A stretch of DNA of 64,000 nucleotides from Acholeplasmataceae bacterium (GCA_963667565.1 OY763415.1:352001-416000), one strand, 5' to 3'; shown: positions 40,110 to 50,120, counted from the stretch's first letter. Notes: generated from the letters alone by a model not told the origin. Program-made: numbers and translations.

Positions 40110-41102
40110 ATGTTATTTAAACCTTTTGAACTTAAGAATTTAAATTTAAAAAATAGAACAGTGCTACCTCCAATGTGTATGTATAGTGCAGGTCCTGATG
40201 GTTTTGTTGAAAACTTTCATATCATTCATTATGCAACAAGAGCGATTGGTGGTGTTGGATTAATTATCCAAGAAGCGACTGCAATTGATCCAGATGGTAG
40301 AATCTCTAAAAATGATTTAGGCATTTGGTCAGATGAGCATATAGATGGATTAAAAGATATTGTTGATGTTGTTCACAGCTACAATGTCCCTATCGCGATA
40401 CAAATTAATCATGCGGGAAGAAAAGCGAAAGTTGAACATAAGATTGCACCAAGTGCAATTCCATTTGGAGATTATGATACGCCTCATGAAATGGATCAAC
40501 ATATGATTAATGAAGTTGTCTATGAATTTAGAGAAGCAGCAAGAAGAGCAAACGCTGCAGGTTATGATATGTTAGAACTTCATGCTGCACATGGATATTT
40601 GTTATTTGAATTTTTATCACCATTATCTAATCAAAGAAGTGATCAATATAAAGATGGTGTTAAATTACTTCGAAGTGTATTAGAAGGTATTAAAGAAGTT
40701 TGGCCAAAAGAAAAAGTGCTCGCCTTAAGAGTATCAGCTTATGAATATATGTTAGGTGGTGTCACACCTAAGATGATCTCTAATGTGATTAATCAAGTTA
40801 AAGATTTAGGGATTGACTTAATTGATGTATCATCAGGTGGTAATGTGATTGCAGATATTCCATTAAAACCAGGATATCAATTGCAATTTGCCTATGATGT
40901 CAAAAAACTCACAGGGTTACCTGTGATTGGTGGAGGACTCATTGAAGATCTACGATTAGCAGATCAAGCGATTCAAGAGGGTTGTGATTTAGTCTTTTTA
41001 GGAAGACTATTACTTAGAGAACCTTATTACATCATCAATCATGCAAAAGATTTAGGTGTAGATGTTGAATATCCTATTCAATACATAAGAGGTAAAAAAT
41101 AA
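40110..41102 (+). CDS. namA: NADPH dehydrogenase, old yellow enzyme (NamA/YqjM-like)
   Basis: PMCMYSA, HAGRKA, ELHAAHGYL..EFLSP. Confidence 0.9.
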   Translation: MLFKPFELKNLNLKNRTVLPPMCMYSAGPDGFVENFHIIHYATRAIGGVGLIIQEATAIDPDGRISKNDLGIWSDEHIDGLKDIVDVVHSYNVPIAIQINHAGRKAKVEHKIAPSAIPFGDYDTPHEMDQHMINEVVYEFREAARRANAAGYDMLELHAAHGYLLFEFLSPLSNQRSDQYKDGVKLLRSVLEGIKEVWPKEKVLALRVSAYEYMLGGVTPKMISNVINQVKDLGIDLIDVSSGGNVIADIPLKPGYQLQFAYDVKKLTGLPVIGGGLIEDLRLADQAIQEGCDLVFLGRLLLREPYYIINHAKDLGVDVEYPIQYIRGKK

Positions 41103-41105
41103 GAA

Positions 41106-41576
41106 ATGAGCTTAATTTTAAATAGTAAGAAAGATGATTTAAATCTTGATTTAGAAGAAACTTTAAAAACACCCAATCAGATTCAATATAAATTGATTCA
41201 CACCATTGATGAAGCAGAACCACCATTTTCTATTTTTGTCGCAGAAGATATGGATGATTTTGAAAATTTAAAAATGACATGTGATGTTTATGAGATTCAT
41301 ACGGATTTTTTAAATCCATTTGAATTCAATGAAAATTTCTTTAAAACTCAAAATGTGATTGTATCACATATTGGATACCATCATTCTGATGGTGATGTTA
41401 AGTTTTCTAGAGTTCTAAATTATGGAAGTTATATTGATTTAGTAACCACTTCAAATAACAGTGAAGATGGATTTCAAACATTTGATTATAAGCATAAAGT
41501 TTTTTTTATCAGTGTGAATAAAAAAGATTGTAAACATGCAAGTGTGTTTAAACAATCGGTGAAATATAAAAAATAA
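41106..41576 (+). CDS. Hypothetical protein
   Basis: 156-aa ORF tightly packed in the operon. Confidence 0.65.
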   Translation: MSLILNSKKDDLNLDLEETLKTPNQIQYKLIHTIDEAEPPFSIFVAEDMDDFENLKMTCDVYEIHTDFLNPFEFNENFFKTQNVIVSHIGYHHSDGDVKFSRVLNYGSYIDLVTTSNNSEDGFQTFDYKHKVFFISVNKKDCKHASVFKQSVKYKK

Positions 41577-41588
41577 TAAGGGGTATTT

Positions 41589-42122
41589 ATGAAAGTACTT
41601 ATGCATATGTGCTGTGCACCGTGTGCTGTCTATCCTGTAGAAACATTGCAGGAAAGAGGTATAGAGGTTGCTGGATTATACTATAATCCAAATATTCATC
41701 CAATTGAAGAATTTGAAAAACGAGAAGAAAACGTGGATAAATTAGCACAAGATAAAGGTTTTGAAGTGTTTTATTATCCTGATTATGAAGAAGATTTATG
41801 GCAAGCACTTGCAGATAAAGATAAAGAAAGATGTAGCATGTGCTATCAAAAAAGAATGAAAAAACTCTTTGAAGTCGCAAAAGAAAAAGGCTTTGAAGCA
41901 GTAACAACAAGCCTCTTAGTAAGCCCATATCAAGATCATGATTTGATTAAGAAAATGGGAGAAACTTATAGTAAGAGATATGGCATTGAGTTTTTGTATG
42001 AAGACTTTAGAGTCGGATATAGAGAAGGACAAAAGAAAGCTAAAGATTATGGGCTTTATTGTCAAAGATATTGTGGATGTATTGTAAGTTTGAAAGAGAG
42101 AATTAAAGAAATCACTTTATAA
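41589..42122 (+). CDS. queH: Epoxyqueuosine reductase QueH (DUF208)
   Basis: HMCCAPC, YNPNIHP, RC..CY, QRYCGC. Confidence 0.92.
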   Translation: MKVLMHMCCAPCAVYPVETLQERGIEVAGLYYNPNIHPIEEFEKREENVDKLAQDKGFEVFYYPDYEEDLWQALADKDKERCSMCYQKRMKKLFEVAKEKGFEAVTTSLLVSPYQDHDLIKKMGETYSKRYGIEFLYEDFRVGYREGQKKAKDYGLYCQRYCGCIVSLKERIKEITL

Positions 42123-42137
42123 TTAGGGAGGGATGTA

Positions 42138-43319
42138 ATGTTTAACTTATTCAATAGATTTGCATATTTATATGGAAATGAGGAAAATCCAAAAGTAGAT
42201 AGTACTAAAGATTACTATAAAGTATTTAAACAAATAAAACAAGAATTGATGTTCCATGTTGGTTCTAGATATTTAGTTGGTGCATCGGTAGGTGCAACTA
42301 ATAGAACATTTACTCCCTGGTTTGCGCTATACAATACTAAGATTACTCGATCTGCAAGGCATGGATTATATGTTGTTTTTTTAATGAAAAAAGATATGAG
42401 TGGATTCTACTTGACATTAAATCAAGGGATTACATATTTTGAAGAAAGATACAAACCAAATCAGTATTTATTTGCTAAAAAAGTATCTTTGTACTTTCAA
42501 GAACAAATAGAATCTTCAAACTTTGATAAAGCTGATATTGATCTAGCTGTAGATAAATCAGACATTGGGTATGGCTATCAATTCACGAACATTATTTCGA
42601 AATTTTATCCCTTTGATCATAAAAATCAAACTGATATTTATGAAGATTTAAATGAAATATTATCGATATATGATTTATTGGTTGAAAGAATGAATGGAAA
42701 TGAATACAGTGACATCATAGACATCATTATTGACAATCAAGATAACAATGATTTTTCCAATAGTTATATAGATAAAGAAATTATCGAAGAGTTAAAAAAA
42801 GACCAAAAAGATGAGAATTTGGACATCATTGATTTAAAAATGGTTGAAGTTCCTCACTCCACTAGAAAAACAACGTCTATTGAACGAACCAAATTGAGTA
42901 AAATAAAGTATCTTGAAAAAGCTGAAAAAGATATGAAGCTCGGTTATTTAGGTGAATTAGCAGTCTTCGAATTTGAGAAGCAAAGATTAACTGATTTAGG
43001 ATTAGAAACTCGCATTGATGAAATTAAATGGGTTGCAAAAGAGTTTGATGGTTATGGATACGATTTAATATCACTGGATATAATTAATGATAAAATCGTA
43101 ACAATATATATTGAAGTGAAAACAACAATTTCTAATGAAAATACTGATTTTTTTATCAGTCATAACGAAGTTTTAGCATCTGACGAATACGGAGAAAGAT
43201 ATTTTATATACAGAATTCATAATATTCAAAATAACCATGCAGATATCTATAGAATCAATGGTACAATAAGAGATAAATTTGATTTAAAACCTATTACATT
43301 TAGAGCAAAATTAAAATAA
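42138..43319 (+). CDS. McrB-N-like (DUF3578) plus DUF3883 PD-(D/E)xK nuclease
   Basis: ASVG....PW.A.....T.SA..G.YVVFL...D.SG.YLTLNQG, then GE..V...E...DGYGYD...IEVKTT...ISHNE. Confidence 0.82.
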   Translation: MFNLFNRFAYLYGNEENPKVDSTKDYYKVFKQIKQELMFHVGSRYLVGASVGATNRTFTPWFALYNTKITRSARHGLYVVFLMKKDMSGFYLTLNQGITYFEERYKPNQYLFAKKVSLYFQEQIESSNFDKADIDLAVDKSDIGYGYQFTNIISKFYPFDHKNQTDIYEDLNEILSIYDLLVERMNGNEYSDIIDIIIDNQDNNDFSNSYIDKEIIEELKKDQKDENLDIIDLKMVEVPHSTRKTTSIERTKLSKIKYLEKAEKDMKLGYLGELAVFEFEKQRLTDLGLETRIDEIKWVAKEFDGYGYDLISLDIINDKIVTIYIEVKTTISNENTDFFISHNEVLASDEYGERYFIYRIHNIQNNHADIYRINGTIRDKFDLKPITFRAKLK

Positions 43320-43336
43320 TTTAAGGAGATAAGAGA

Positions 43337-43939
43337 ATGAAAATTTCAGTAGGTGGCATGATTGCCTCAGGTAAGTCAACATTAGTAAAAAGATTAGGGG
43401 AAGCATTAGAATTACCAGTGATGGAAGAATTTGAGAAAGATGATGAAGTATTTAATACCCTTCTAGCATGGCTTTATGAACAAAAGTCGAATGTTGAAAT
43501 GTTACTACAGATATATTTCATTCATAATCATTGGCTCAATCAACAAAAATATGAAAGTAACTTTATTGTTGATAGAGATTTAATTGAACATTGGTTGTTT
43601 GCACAACACAATCTTCAAAAAATGCCAACAATCATGAACATGTATAATGGCGTATTCCATGCATACATGAATCAAGTGAAGAAAGCTGATTTATATATCA
43701 TCTTAGATGTAGATTGGGATAATTTTAAGGATCGTGTTTTACATAGAGGACGCGAACAAGAAATTGAAAACTTTGATAAGAATGTTGATTATTTCAAATC
43801 ACTCATTTCTGATTATGTACCAAAAGTTGAGGCACAATGTCGTGTTTATGACGTACCTCACATCATCATTAATACATCAGGTAAATCAGAAGATGAAGTC
43901 TTTGACTTAGCCATGGAAGCTATCAAAAATATAAAATGA
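43337..43939 (+). CDS. Deoxynucleoside kinase
   Basis: GMIASGKST, LQIYF, DR, RGREQE. Confidence 0.87.
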   Translation: MKISVGGMIASGKSTLVKRLGEALELPVMEEFEKDDEVFNTLLAWLYEQKSNVEMLLQIYFIHNHWLNQQKYESNFIVDRDLIEHWLFAQHNLQKMPTIMNMYNGVFHAYMNQVKKADLYIILDVDWDNFKDRVLHRGREQEIENFDKNVDYFKSLISDYVPKVEAQCRVYDVPHIIINTSGKSEDEVFDLAMEAIKNIK

Positions 43940-44562
43940 AACATATAGATATAAACACATGGAAAAGAAAAGAAGTCTTTAATTTCTATAAAGATTTTAA
44001 TTTTCCTAGATACCAAGTTACAGTGGAAATAGATATTAAAAAATATTATGATTATCTTAAACGTCATCACTTACCAATCTTTTTTGGAATCATGCATTTA
44101 ATATTAAGTAAAATGAATGAGATTGATAATTTTAAATATCGTATTTTAGATGAAGGGGTTATTTTACATGATACACTCCATCCATCTTTTACAGATAAAA
44201 TTAAAGATGGAGATACATTTAAGATTGTAACAGGCAAATATCTTAATGACATTAAATCGTTTTGTGATTTATCTAAAGAAATATCACAAAAACAAGGAGA
44301 CTTGTTTATTGATTTTAGAGAAGAACAAAGATCTGATTTAGTTTATGTCTCTTCATTTCCATGGGCTAAATACACACAAATCTCAAATGCGACAATGGTG
44401 GAGCCATATGATGCCATTCCTAGAATTATTTGGGGTAAATTTGAAGATATCAACGATAAGATGATGATGCCATTAACGATAGAAGTACATCATGCTCTAG
44501 TTGATGGTTATCATGTAGGGTTACTCATACAAAATATTGAGAAAACAATATCTGAAATGTAA
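43936..44562 (+). CDS. cat: CatA-family O-acetyltransferase (chloramphenicol acetyltransferase-like)
   Basis: W.RKE.F.FY, S.FPW, P...WGK, HHALVDGYH. Confidence 0.88.
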   Translation: MKHIDINTWKRKEVFNFYKDFNFPRYQVTVEIDIKKYYDYLKRHHLPIFFGIMHLILSKMNEIDNFKYRILDEGVILHDTLHPSFTDKIKDGDTFKIVTGKYLNDIKSFCDLSKEISQKQGDLFIDFREEQRSDLVYVSSFPWAKYTQISNATMVEPYDAIPRIIWGKFEDINDKMMMPLTIEVHHALVDGYHVGLLIQNIEKTISEM

Positions 44563-44588
44563 AAGTTGCTAAATCAGCAACTTTTTTT
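44561..44588 (+). terminator. Intrinsic terminator
   Basis: AAAAGTTGCT-aaatc-AGCAACTTTTTTT. Confidence 0.8.
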
Positions 44589-44625
44589 ATCTTTATAAGA
44601 TAAACACAAAAAATGATATTTTTAG

Positions 44626-44666
44626 TGTATAATAAACTTGACAACATGTTAAATAAAATGTACAAT
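44626..44666 (+). promoter_or_regulatory. Promoter with two tandem TGT-N12-ACA operator-like boxes
   Basis: TTGACA (44638-43), 17 bp, TACAAT (44661-66); boxes at 44626-43 and 44647-64. Confidence 0.7.
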
Positions 44667-44696
44667 GAGAGCGTAAACTAAAAAAGAGGTGAATGT

Positions 44697-45134
44697 ATGG
44701 CTTATCAAGTCAAAAAAAGTTATTTAAGAATCATTACAATTTTATTAGGTTTTATTTCATATAGCATTTATTTGTTTTCAAATATTGACATAAACACATT
44801 AGATTTAAAACAGTTTGGTATGTATCTATTTTTAATTGTTCCTATTCTAGTAGTATTTGAAATTGTTGGCACGATTATATTTGATCTATTTAATCAAACA
44901 GACTCTAAAAAGGAAAGACCTAAGCATATGGATGAATTTGATCGTTTAATTGAATATAAATCAGTGAGAAACTTTATGATCATATTTGTTGCTGGATTCT
45001 TTACAAGCACTTTAATCTTATGGTTATCAGCTAATTTAATGGTTGCATTTATTGTAATGTTTGTGATGATTTTCTTGTCTGGATTGATGTTACAAATCTC
45101 ATATATCAGATATTATAATCACGGGGTGTCCTAA
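44697..45134 (+). CDS. Four-TM membrane protein (DE.D..I motif)
   Basis: Hydrophobic profile with MDEFDRLIEYKS; linked to an XRE regulator. Confidence 0.75.
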   Translation: MAYQVKKSYLRIITILLGFISYSIYLFSNIDINTLDLKQFGMYLFLIVPILVVFEIVGTIIFDLFNQTDSKKERPKHMDEFDRLIEYKSVRNFMIIFVAGFFTSTLILWLSANLMVAFIVMFVMIFLSGLMLQISYIRYYNHGVS

Positions 45135-45361
45135 TGCCTAAAAAACAAAGTCATATCAAAAATCACATCAGAACACTTAGATTTCAACATGATGAAATGT
45201 CTCAATCAACACTAAGTGATTTAATTGGAGTCTCAAGACAAACCATTGTTGCGATTGAAAAAGGTAATTACACACCATCTTTAGATATCGCATTTAAAAT
45301 TTGTAGTGTGTTTAATAAAAAAATGGAAGAAGTGTTTTACCAAGAGGAAGAAGTATCATGA
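45134..45361 (+). CDS. XRE-family HTH regulator
   Basis: MSQ..L...IGVSRQTI.AIEKG.Y.PSL. Confidence 0.92.
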   Translation: MPKKQSHIKNHIRTLRFQHDEMSQSTLSDLIGVSRQTIVAIEKGNYTPSLDIAFKICSVFNKKMEEVFYQEEEVS

Positions 45362-45990
45362 CATTAAAGAAAAGAAATTTAATTGCAGGTATACTATACT
45401 TAGCACTTATTATTCCTGGACCCTTTGCATATATCATGATTCCAAGTTTGTTAGAATCACAATCAAGCATCATCAATTATGTGTCTACTCATATGTCATT
45501 AATCTATCTATGGATCTTATTAGATGTATTGATTATTGCTATTGAGATCATATTATCTTATTACTTGTTAAAGATATTTGAAGGATTTAATAAGAAATTA
45601 TCAATAGTCGCATTCATCTTAAGATTAGCAGTGGTTGCTGTGATGATCATTAATGTAGGTTTCTTATTTAATATTGTGATATCAAATGGTGTAGAAGCAC
45701 TAGCGATGATTAAAAATCATAAAACGTTTATAATGATCTGGCAACTATTCTTTAGTATTCATGTAGTATTACTAGGTTATATGATTTTTAAAGGGTTAAA
45801 GAACTATGTGAAATATTTAGGAATTATCTTAATGTTAGGTGCATTAGGTTATTTAATTGATTCACTTAACTATTTCTTTATTGACAATGAATTTTTCACA
45901 TTACTTGGCAGTTTCTTACTCGTTTTTATTACTGTTGGAGAAATTTCTATGGGTGTTGCATTACTTTTAAAGAAAATCATAAAAACATAA
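45358..45990 (+). CDS. DUF4386-like membrane protein
   Basis: AGILYL...RLA...FF..H..LLGY...GYLID...GE. Confidence 0.7.
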   Translation: MTLKKRNLIAGILYLALIIPGPFAYIMIPSLLESQSSIINYVSTHMSLIYLWILLDVLIIAIEIILSYYLLKIFEGFNKKLSIVAFILRLAVVAVMIINVGFLFNIVISNGVEALAMIKNHKTFIMIWQLFFSIHVVLLGYMIFKGLKNYVKYLGIILMLGALGYLIDSLNYFFIDNEFFTLLGSFLLVFITVGEISMGVALLLKKIIKT

Positions 45991-46014
45991 AAGAACCATC
46001 ATTTGGTTCTTTTT
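45989..46014 (+). terminator. Intrinsic terminator
   Basis: AAAAGAACCA-tcatt-TGGTTCTTTTTT. Confidence 0.8.
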
Positions 46015-46138
46015 TATATTAAATATGAAGAAATATAGGTTTTAATCATGATAAAAAGTAATAAATATGCAATATTTTCTTAAAAATATATTCATGTAAT
46101 GCATAGTTTTCATGTAAAATAAATATAGGTGTGTATGA

Positions 46139-47365
46139 ATGAAATTAAATGAAACGATCAAAGCATTTATTATTAAACATAATCTCATCGACTTCAAAAC
46201 TAGAAATTATAAGCTATCCATTGTTGCAATGGCGCTTAATTTTTTTACTGCGGCTTTCAAGATTATCGCTGCATTTTATATTTCATCATACTTCTTAATT
46301 GTTTCAAGTATTTATTCAGTGGGTATAGGCATGACTAAACAACTCTTTTTTAGAGGTGTTTCAAGATCAAAAGAAGATCCATATAAAGAACGAAAGTATA
46401 CCATTCTCATTTATATGGCTTTATCATTATCTGCTTTAGTCTATTCTTTTTATATGATAAGACTTATCTTAATGGGTAATGATGAATTCAATTATGGTAT
46501 TGTCTTAAGTTTGCTGATTGCACTGATCTCACTCATTGAGTTTATTACTGCAATTGTTGGTTTAGTTAAATCCAATCAATTAAAAGATACCCTACTTACA
46601 GCCATTAAGATGGTCACATTAACTTCGGCATTGGTCTCAATGGCGATGGTGCAAAGTGCGATTTTAACATTTTTATCATCGACATTTCGCTTGACATATG
46701 ACTTCTACATTAGTAATGCAATCGTTGGGCTACTGGTTGGTATATCCATGAGTGCTTCATCTATCATATTATTATATAAACATGCTAAGATAAAAAGAAA
46801 ACCATTAAAAGATTTAACGATTGAAGAATTGTGGCAACTTTTTCCAATCTTCTTAGTTCCTCATCAAAAAAGGTGGGCAAAACGATTTCTAAAAGAAAAG
46901 AAATATTTATTATCACATATTAAATATAACGCAGTAAAAACCATTGAGCATATTGGAAGTACTGCAATTCCTGATATACAAGCTAAAAATATCATTGATA
47001 TTATTGTAGTCGTTGAAAAAGGGTATCAAATGAAAGATGTTGCTCATCTCTTAGAAACCATTGGTTATATTAAAATGAGTGAATCTGATCAAAGAATTTC
47101 TCTGAACAAAGGATATACAAAACATGGTTATGCAAGAGATGTATTTCATATTCATCTAAGATATCAAAATGATATTGATGAAATCTATTTTAGAGATTAT
47201 TTAATCAATCACAGGGAAGTTGCATTAGAATATGAAACATTAAAGATTGATTTATCTTTAATTTATGTTAATCATCGAGATGATTATACAGATCAGAAAA
47301 CTGAATTTGTAAAAACATATACAGAAAAAGGAAAAAAATTATATAAACAAAGAGGTGTATTATGA
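46139..47365 (+). CDS. Six-TM membrane domain fused to GrpB-family nucleotidyltransferase-like domain
   Basis: EHIGSTAIP...AKNIIDI, FRDYL..H, Y..LK, YT..K GrpB motifs after ~aa 220. Confidence 0.82.
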   Translation: MKLNETIKAFIIKHNLIDFKTRNYKLSIVAMALNFFTAAFKIIAAFYISSYFLIVSSIYSVGIGMTKQLFFRGVSRSKEDPYKERKYTILIYMALSLSALVYSFYMIRLILMGNDEFNYGIVLSLLIALISLIEFITAIVGLVKSNQLKDTLLTAIKMVTLTSALVSMAMVQSAILTFLSSTFRLTYDFYISNAIVGLLVGISMSASSIILLYKHAKIKRKPLKDLTIEELWQLFPIFLVPHQKRWAKRFLKEKKYLLSHIKYNAVKTIEHIGSTAIPDIQAKNIIDIIVVVEKGYQMKDVAHLLETIGYIKMSESDQRISLNKGYTKHGYARDVFHIHLRYQNDIDEIYFRDYLINHREVALEYETLKIDLSLIYVNHRDDYTDQKTEFVKTYTEKGKKLYKQRGVL

Positions 47366-48129
47366 CATTTGAAATGTGGTCCTTAGGACATTATGCTTTT
47401 ATGCTAAGTCCATTTATACTCACTGCTATTTTTTATTTATTATCTAGATCAAAGACTTATGAACAAAAGCGTAAGTTTGGTGTCGTTCTAAGCATCATTA
47501 TGGTCATTATTCTTATTTTAAGAAATGCTGAAATTTTAGTGACGGGTGATTTTGCGTTTAATTATGAAATTATACCTTTACAAATTTGCCATTTTGCAAA
47601 TTTTGTCTTACTATATGCATTTATAAAAGATAGTAAAGCTATGTTTGCACTAGCGCTACTATTTAATCTTCCAGCAGCATTCATGTCTATCTTATTTGCA
47701 AACTCATTAACACATTACTCAAATATATGGACACTTCGTGGTATTGCGTACATCTTTGGACATATGCTTATCGTATCAACAACCCTATGGGCATTTTTAG
47801 AAAGATTTGTTGTTTTAAATAAACAAACGTTTAAGAATACGGCATTCATTGTTTATGCACTTTATATTATTAGCGTTTTAGTCAATAATTTAATCGGATC
47901 AATCACGGGTAGCTATCCAAATTATTTTTATGCACTAAGACCAGAAGAAGGGACTCCTCTTCAGACATTTTATGATATAGGGACAACTTTTGAAATTGGT
48001 AAATTTATGATTAATCCAATTTATCTGATACTCACAGCTTTACTTGGAACAGTGATTGTTTCAATGATGTATGGATTATTCAAAGTTTTAGAGCCTAAAA
48101 AGAAAATGGTATTAGAATACAATCAGTAA
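47362..48129 (+). CDS. YwaF/TMEM164-like membrane protein
   Basis: W...H, PLQIC, GH and NYFY motifs. Confidence 0.7.
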   Translation: MTFEMWSLGHYAFMLSPFILTAIFYLLSRSKTYEQKRKFGVVLSIIMVIILILRNAEILVTGDFAFNYEIIPLQICHFANFVLLYAFIKDSKAMFALALLFNLPAAFMSILFANSLTHYSNIWTLRGIAYIFGHMLIVSTTLWAFLERFVVLNKQTFKNTAFIVYALYIISVLVNNLIGSITGSYPNYFYALRPEEGTPLQTFYDIGTTFEIGKFMINPIYLILTALLGTVIVSMMYGLFKVLEPKKKMVLEYNQ

Positions 48130-48138
48130 TGACTTATA

Positions 48139-48164
48139 GAGATGTGCAAAAGCACATCTTTTTT
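48139..48164 (+). terminator. Intrinsic terminator
   Basis: AGATGTGC-aaaa-GCACATCTTTTTT. Confidence 0.8.
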
Positions 48165-48288
48165 ATTTTTATAATATGTAAAACCATGTGTAAGTTATGT
48201 AAAATAATGCGTTATATATATATTAAAGATTAAAATTATGATATGCTTTAATTAATAAAATTAAGAACATAAATAAAGGGACATTTTT

Positions 48289-49317
48289 ATGAAGTTAATC
48301 AGTTTTGTTGTGCCAGCGTATAACTCAGAAAAATATTTAAATACTTGTATTGATTCATTATTATTTGATTTAGATAAAATTGAAATTATTATTGTAAATG
48401 ATGGTTCAAAAGATAATACAATCAAAATTGCAGAAGCATATAAACATATGTATCCAAATACTGTTAAAGTGATTAATAAACTCAATGGTGGACATGGATC
48501 TGGGATTAATGCGGGATTGGAAATGGCGACGGGTCTTTATTTTAAAGTCGTTGACTCAGATGATTGGATGGATGTTGAAAACACTAAATATTTAGTGAAT
48601 AAAATTTCTCAACTAAAAGATTTAGAACAATCACCAGATGTATTCATCTCAGATTTTATTTATGAACATGTTGAAGATCAAACGCATTTTATTAGATCTT
48701 ATAAAGACTATTTTATTCATGAACAAATCACAACTTGGAATGATTCACTAAAGAAATTTAGATTATCAGCTACGCTTTTAATGCATGCACTTACCTATAA
48801 GACACAAGTATTAAGAACATGTGGATTACAGCTACCAGAACATACGTTTTATGTGGATAATATTTTTGCATATCAACCACTAGCACATACAACATATATA
48901 TACTATATTCCTAAAGTCATGTATCACTACTATATCGGTAGAGCAGATCAATCTGTTCAAATGCATCATATTGTGAATCGCTATGATCAACAAATAAGAG
49001 TGATGAGACATATCATGTATGCGTATAACTATAAACAACTTTCTCATATGCCTAAAGGCTTAAAACAATACATGTTTCATAATCTAGCAATTATTATGGT
49101 TGTCACACAAATGTTTACAACTGCTAAGGATACTAAAGAAAGAAGAGATGCACTAGCATCACTTTGGAAAGACTTAAAGAGTTATGATAGAAAAATGTAT
49201 TATTATTTAAAATATAGATCTTATAATTCAATGATTAATTTCTTACCATTTAAAGCCAAAGGTTTTGTTACGACAAAAAGTTATTTATATTTAACAACAA
49301 AAGTAAAACTTGGATAG
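48289..49317 (+). CDS. Glycosyltransferase family 2
   Basis: VPAYNSE, VNDGSKD, NGGHG, VDSDDW. Confidence 0.92.
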   Translation: MKLISFVVPAYNSEKYLNTCIDSLLFDLDKIEIIIVNDGSKDNTIKIAEAYKHMYPNTVKVINKLNGGHGSGINAGLEMATGLYFKVVDSDDWMDVENTKYLVNKISQLKDLEQSPDVFISDFIYEHVEDQTHFIRSYKDYFIHEQITTWNDSLKKFRLSATLLMHALTYKTQVLRTCGLQLPEHTFYVDNIFAYQPLAHTTYIYYIPKVMYHYYIGRADQSVQMHHIVNRYDQQIRVMRHIMYAYNYKQLSHMPKGLKQYMFHNLAIIMVVTQMFTTAKDTKERRDALASLWKDLKSYDRKMYYYLKYRSYNSMINFLPFKAKGFVTTKSYLYLTTKVKLG

Positions 49318-49320
49318 ATC

Positions 49321-49350
49321 AAAGTCCCTTAAACTTTAGGGACTTTTTTT
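49321..49350 (+). terminator. Intrinsic terminator
   Basis: AAAGTCCCT...AGGGACTTTTTTT. Confidence 0.8.
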
Positions 49351-49402
49351 ATTTATGTTTATTTCATGTTAAAATAGACATATATATATAACTGAGGTTA
49401 CT

Positions 49403-50011
49403 ATGGAAACAAAATCACACATCTCAAGATATGAAAACATTGCATATCTAATCGCAAAAAAAATATATGAAGGTAAATTACCACTTGGTCAAAAACTCAG
49501 TGGTAGAACTTTGCTTTCTTCAGAGTATAATGTTTCAAGTGAAACTATAAGAAGAGCCATAAGATCACTCGCAAATTATGGTGTTGTGGAAGTGAAAGAA
49601 CAAAGTGGTGTTTTCATCATTTCAATGGAACAAGCAAAAATCTTTATGGATGACTTTAATCATAAACAGCAACAAAAAAACATTAAGGTTGAACTTATCA
49701 AATTGATTGAGGAAGAAAATAAAATACATTCTAAGCTGGATAAAACAATAAAGAATTTATTAAATTCTAAAGAATTTTTCCCATTTGATTACTTTACCAT
49801 AGAAATTTCTAAACATATGAAACACATTGGTAAGACCATTGATGAACTCGATTTTTATCAAGTCACCGGAGGTTTGATTATTGCATATGAACTAAATCAT
49901 GTGTTATATCAGATCCCTAAACCCTCCACTGAACTCATTGAAGATATGATTTTGTATGTCATGGGAGACTTAACGATTAAAAAAAATATATTAAAATTCT
50001 TCGAAGAATGA
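49403..50011 (+). CDS. busR: BusR-like regulator (GntR wHTH, coiled coil, RCK_C/TrkA-C)
   Basis: GRTLLSSEYNVSSETIRRA, GKTI.EL.F...TGG.IIA; directly upstream of an OpuA-type operon. Confidence 0.82.
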   Translation: METKSHISRYENIAYLIAKKIYEGKLPLGQKLSGRTLLSSEYNVSSETIRRAIRSLANYGVVEVKEQSGVFIISMEQAKIFMDDFNHKQQQKNIKVELIKLIEEENKIHSKLDKTIKNLLNSKEFFPFDYFTIEISKHMKHIGKTIDELDFYQVTGGLIIAYELNHVLYQIPKPSTELIEDMILYVMGDLTIKKNILKFFEE

Positions 50012-50043
50012 TAAGGATAGAGAACGCTTTCTATCCTTTTTTA
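50012..50043 (+). terminator. Intrinsic terminator
   Basis: AAGGATAGA...TCTATCCTTTTTT. Confidence 0.75.
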
Positions 50044-50065
50044 TTACTTAAACCTTTACTAACTG

Positions 50066-50092
50066 ACAACCCTATGATATAATAAGGGTTGT
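50066..50092 (+). promoter_or_regulatory. Inverted repeat around extended -10 (candidate BusR operator)
   Basis: ACAACCCT-atgatataata-AGGGTTGT enclosing TGaTATAAT. Confidence 0.6.
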
Positions 50093-50120
50093 AAAATAGA
50101 GAAAGAAGAGGAATGTGAAA

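Noticed and set aside
48175..48204. TATGTAAAA direct repeat at 21-bp spacing upstream of the GT2 gene, and TTCATGTAA repeated at 46091 and 46109
   Set aside because: Short AT-rich matches are expected by chance at this base composition, and no cognate regulator is nearby.
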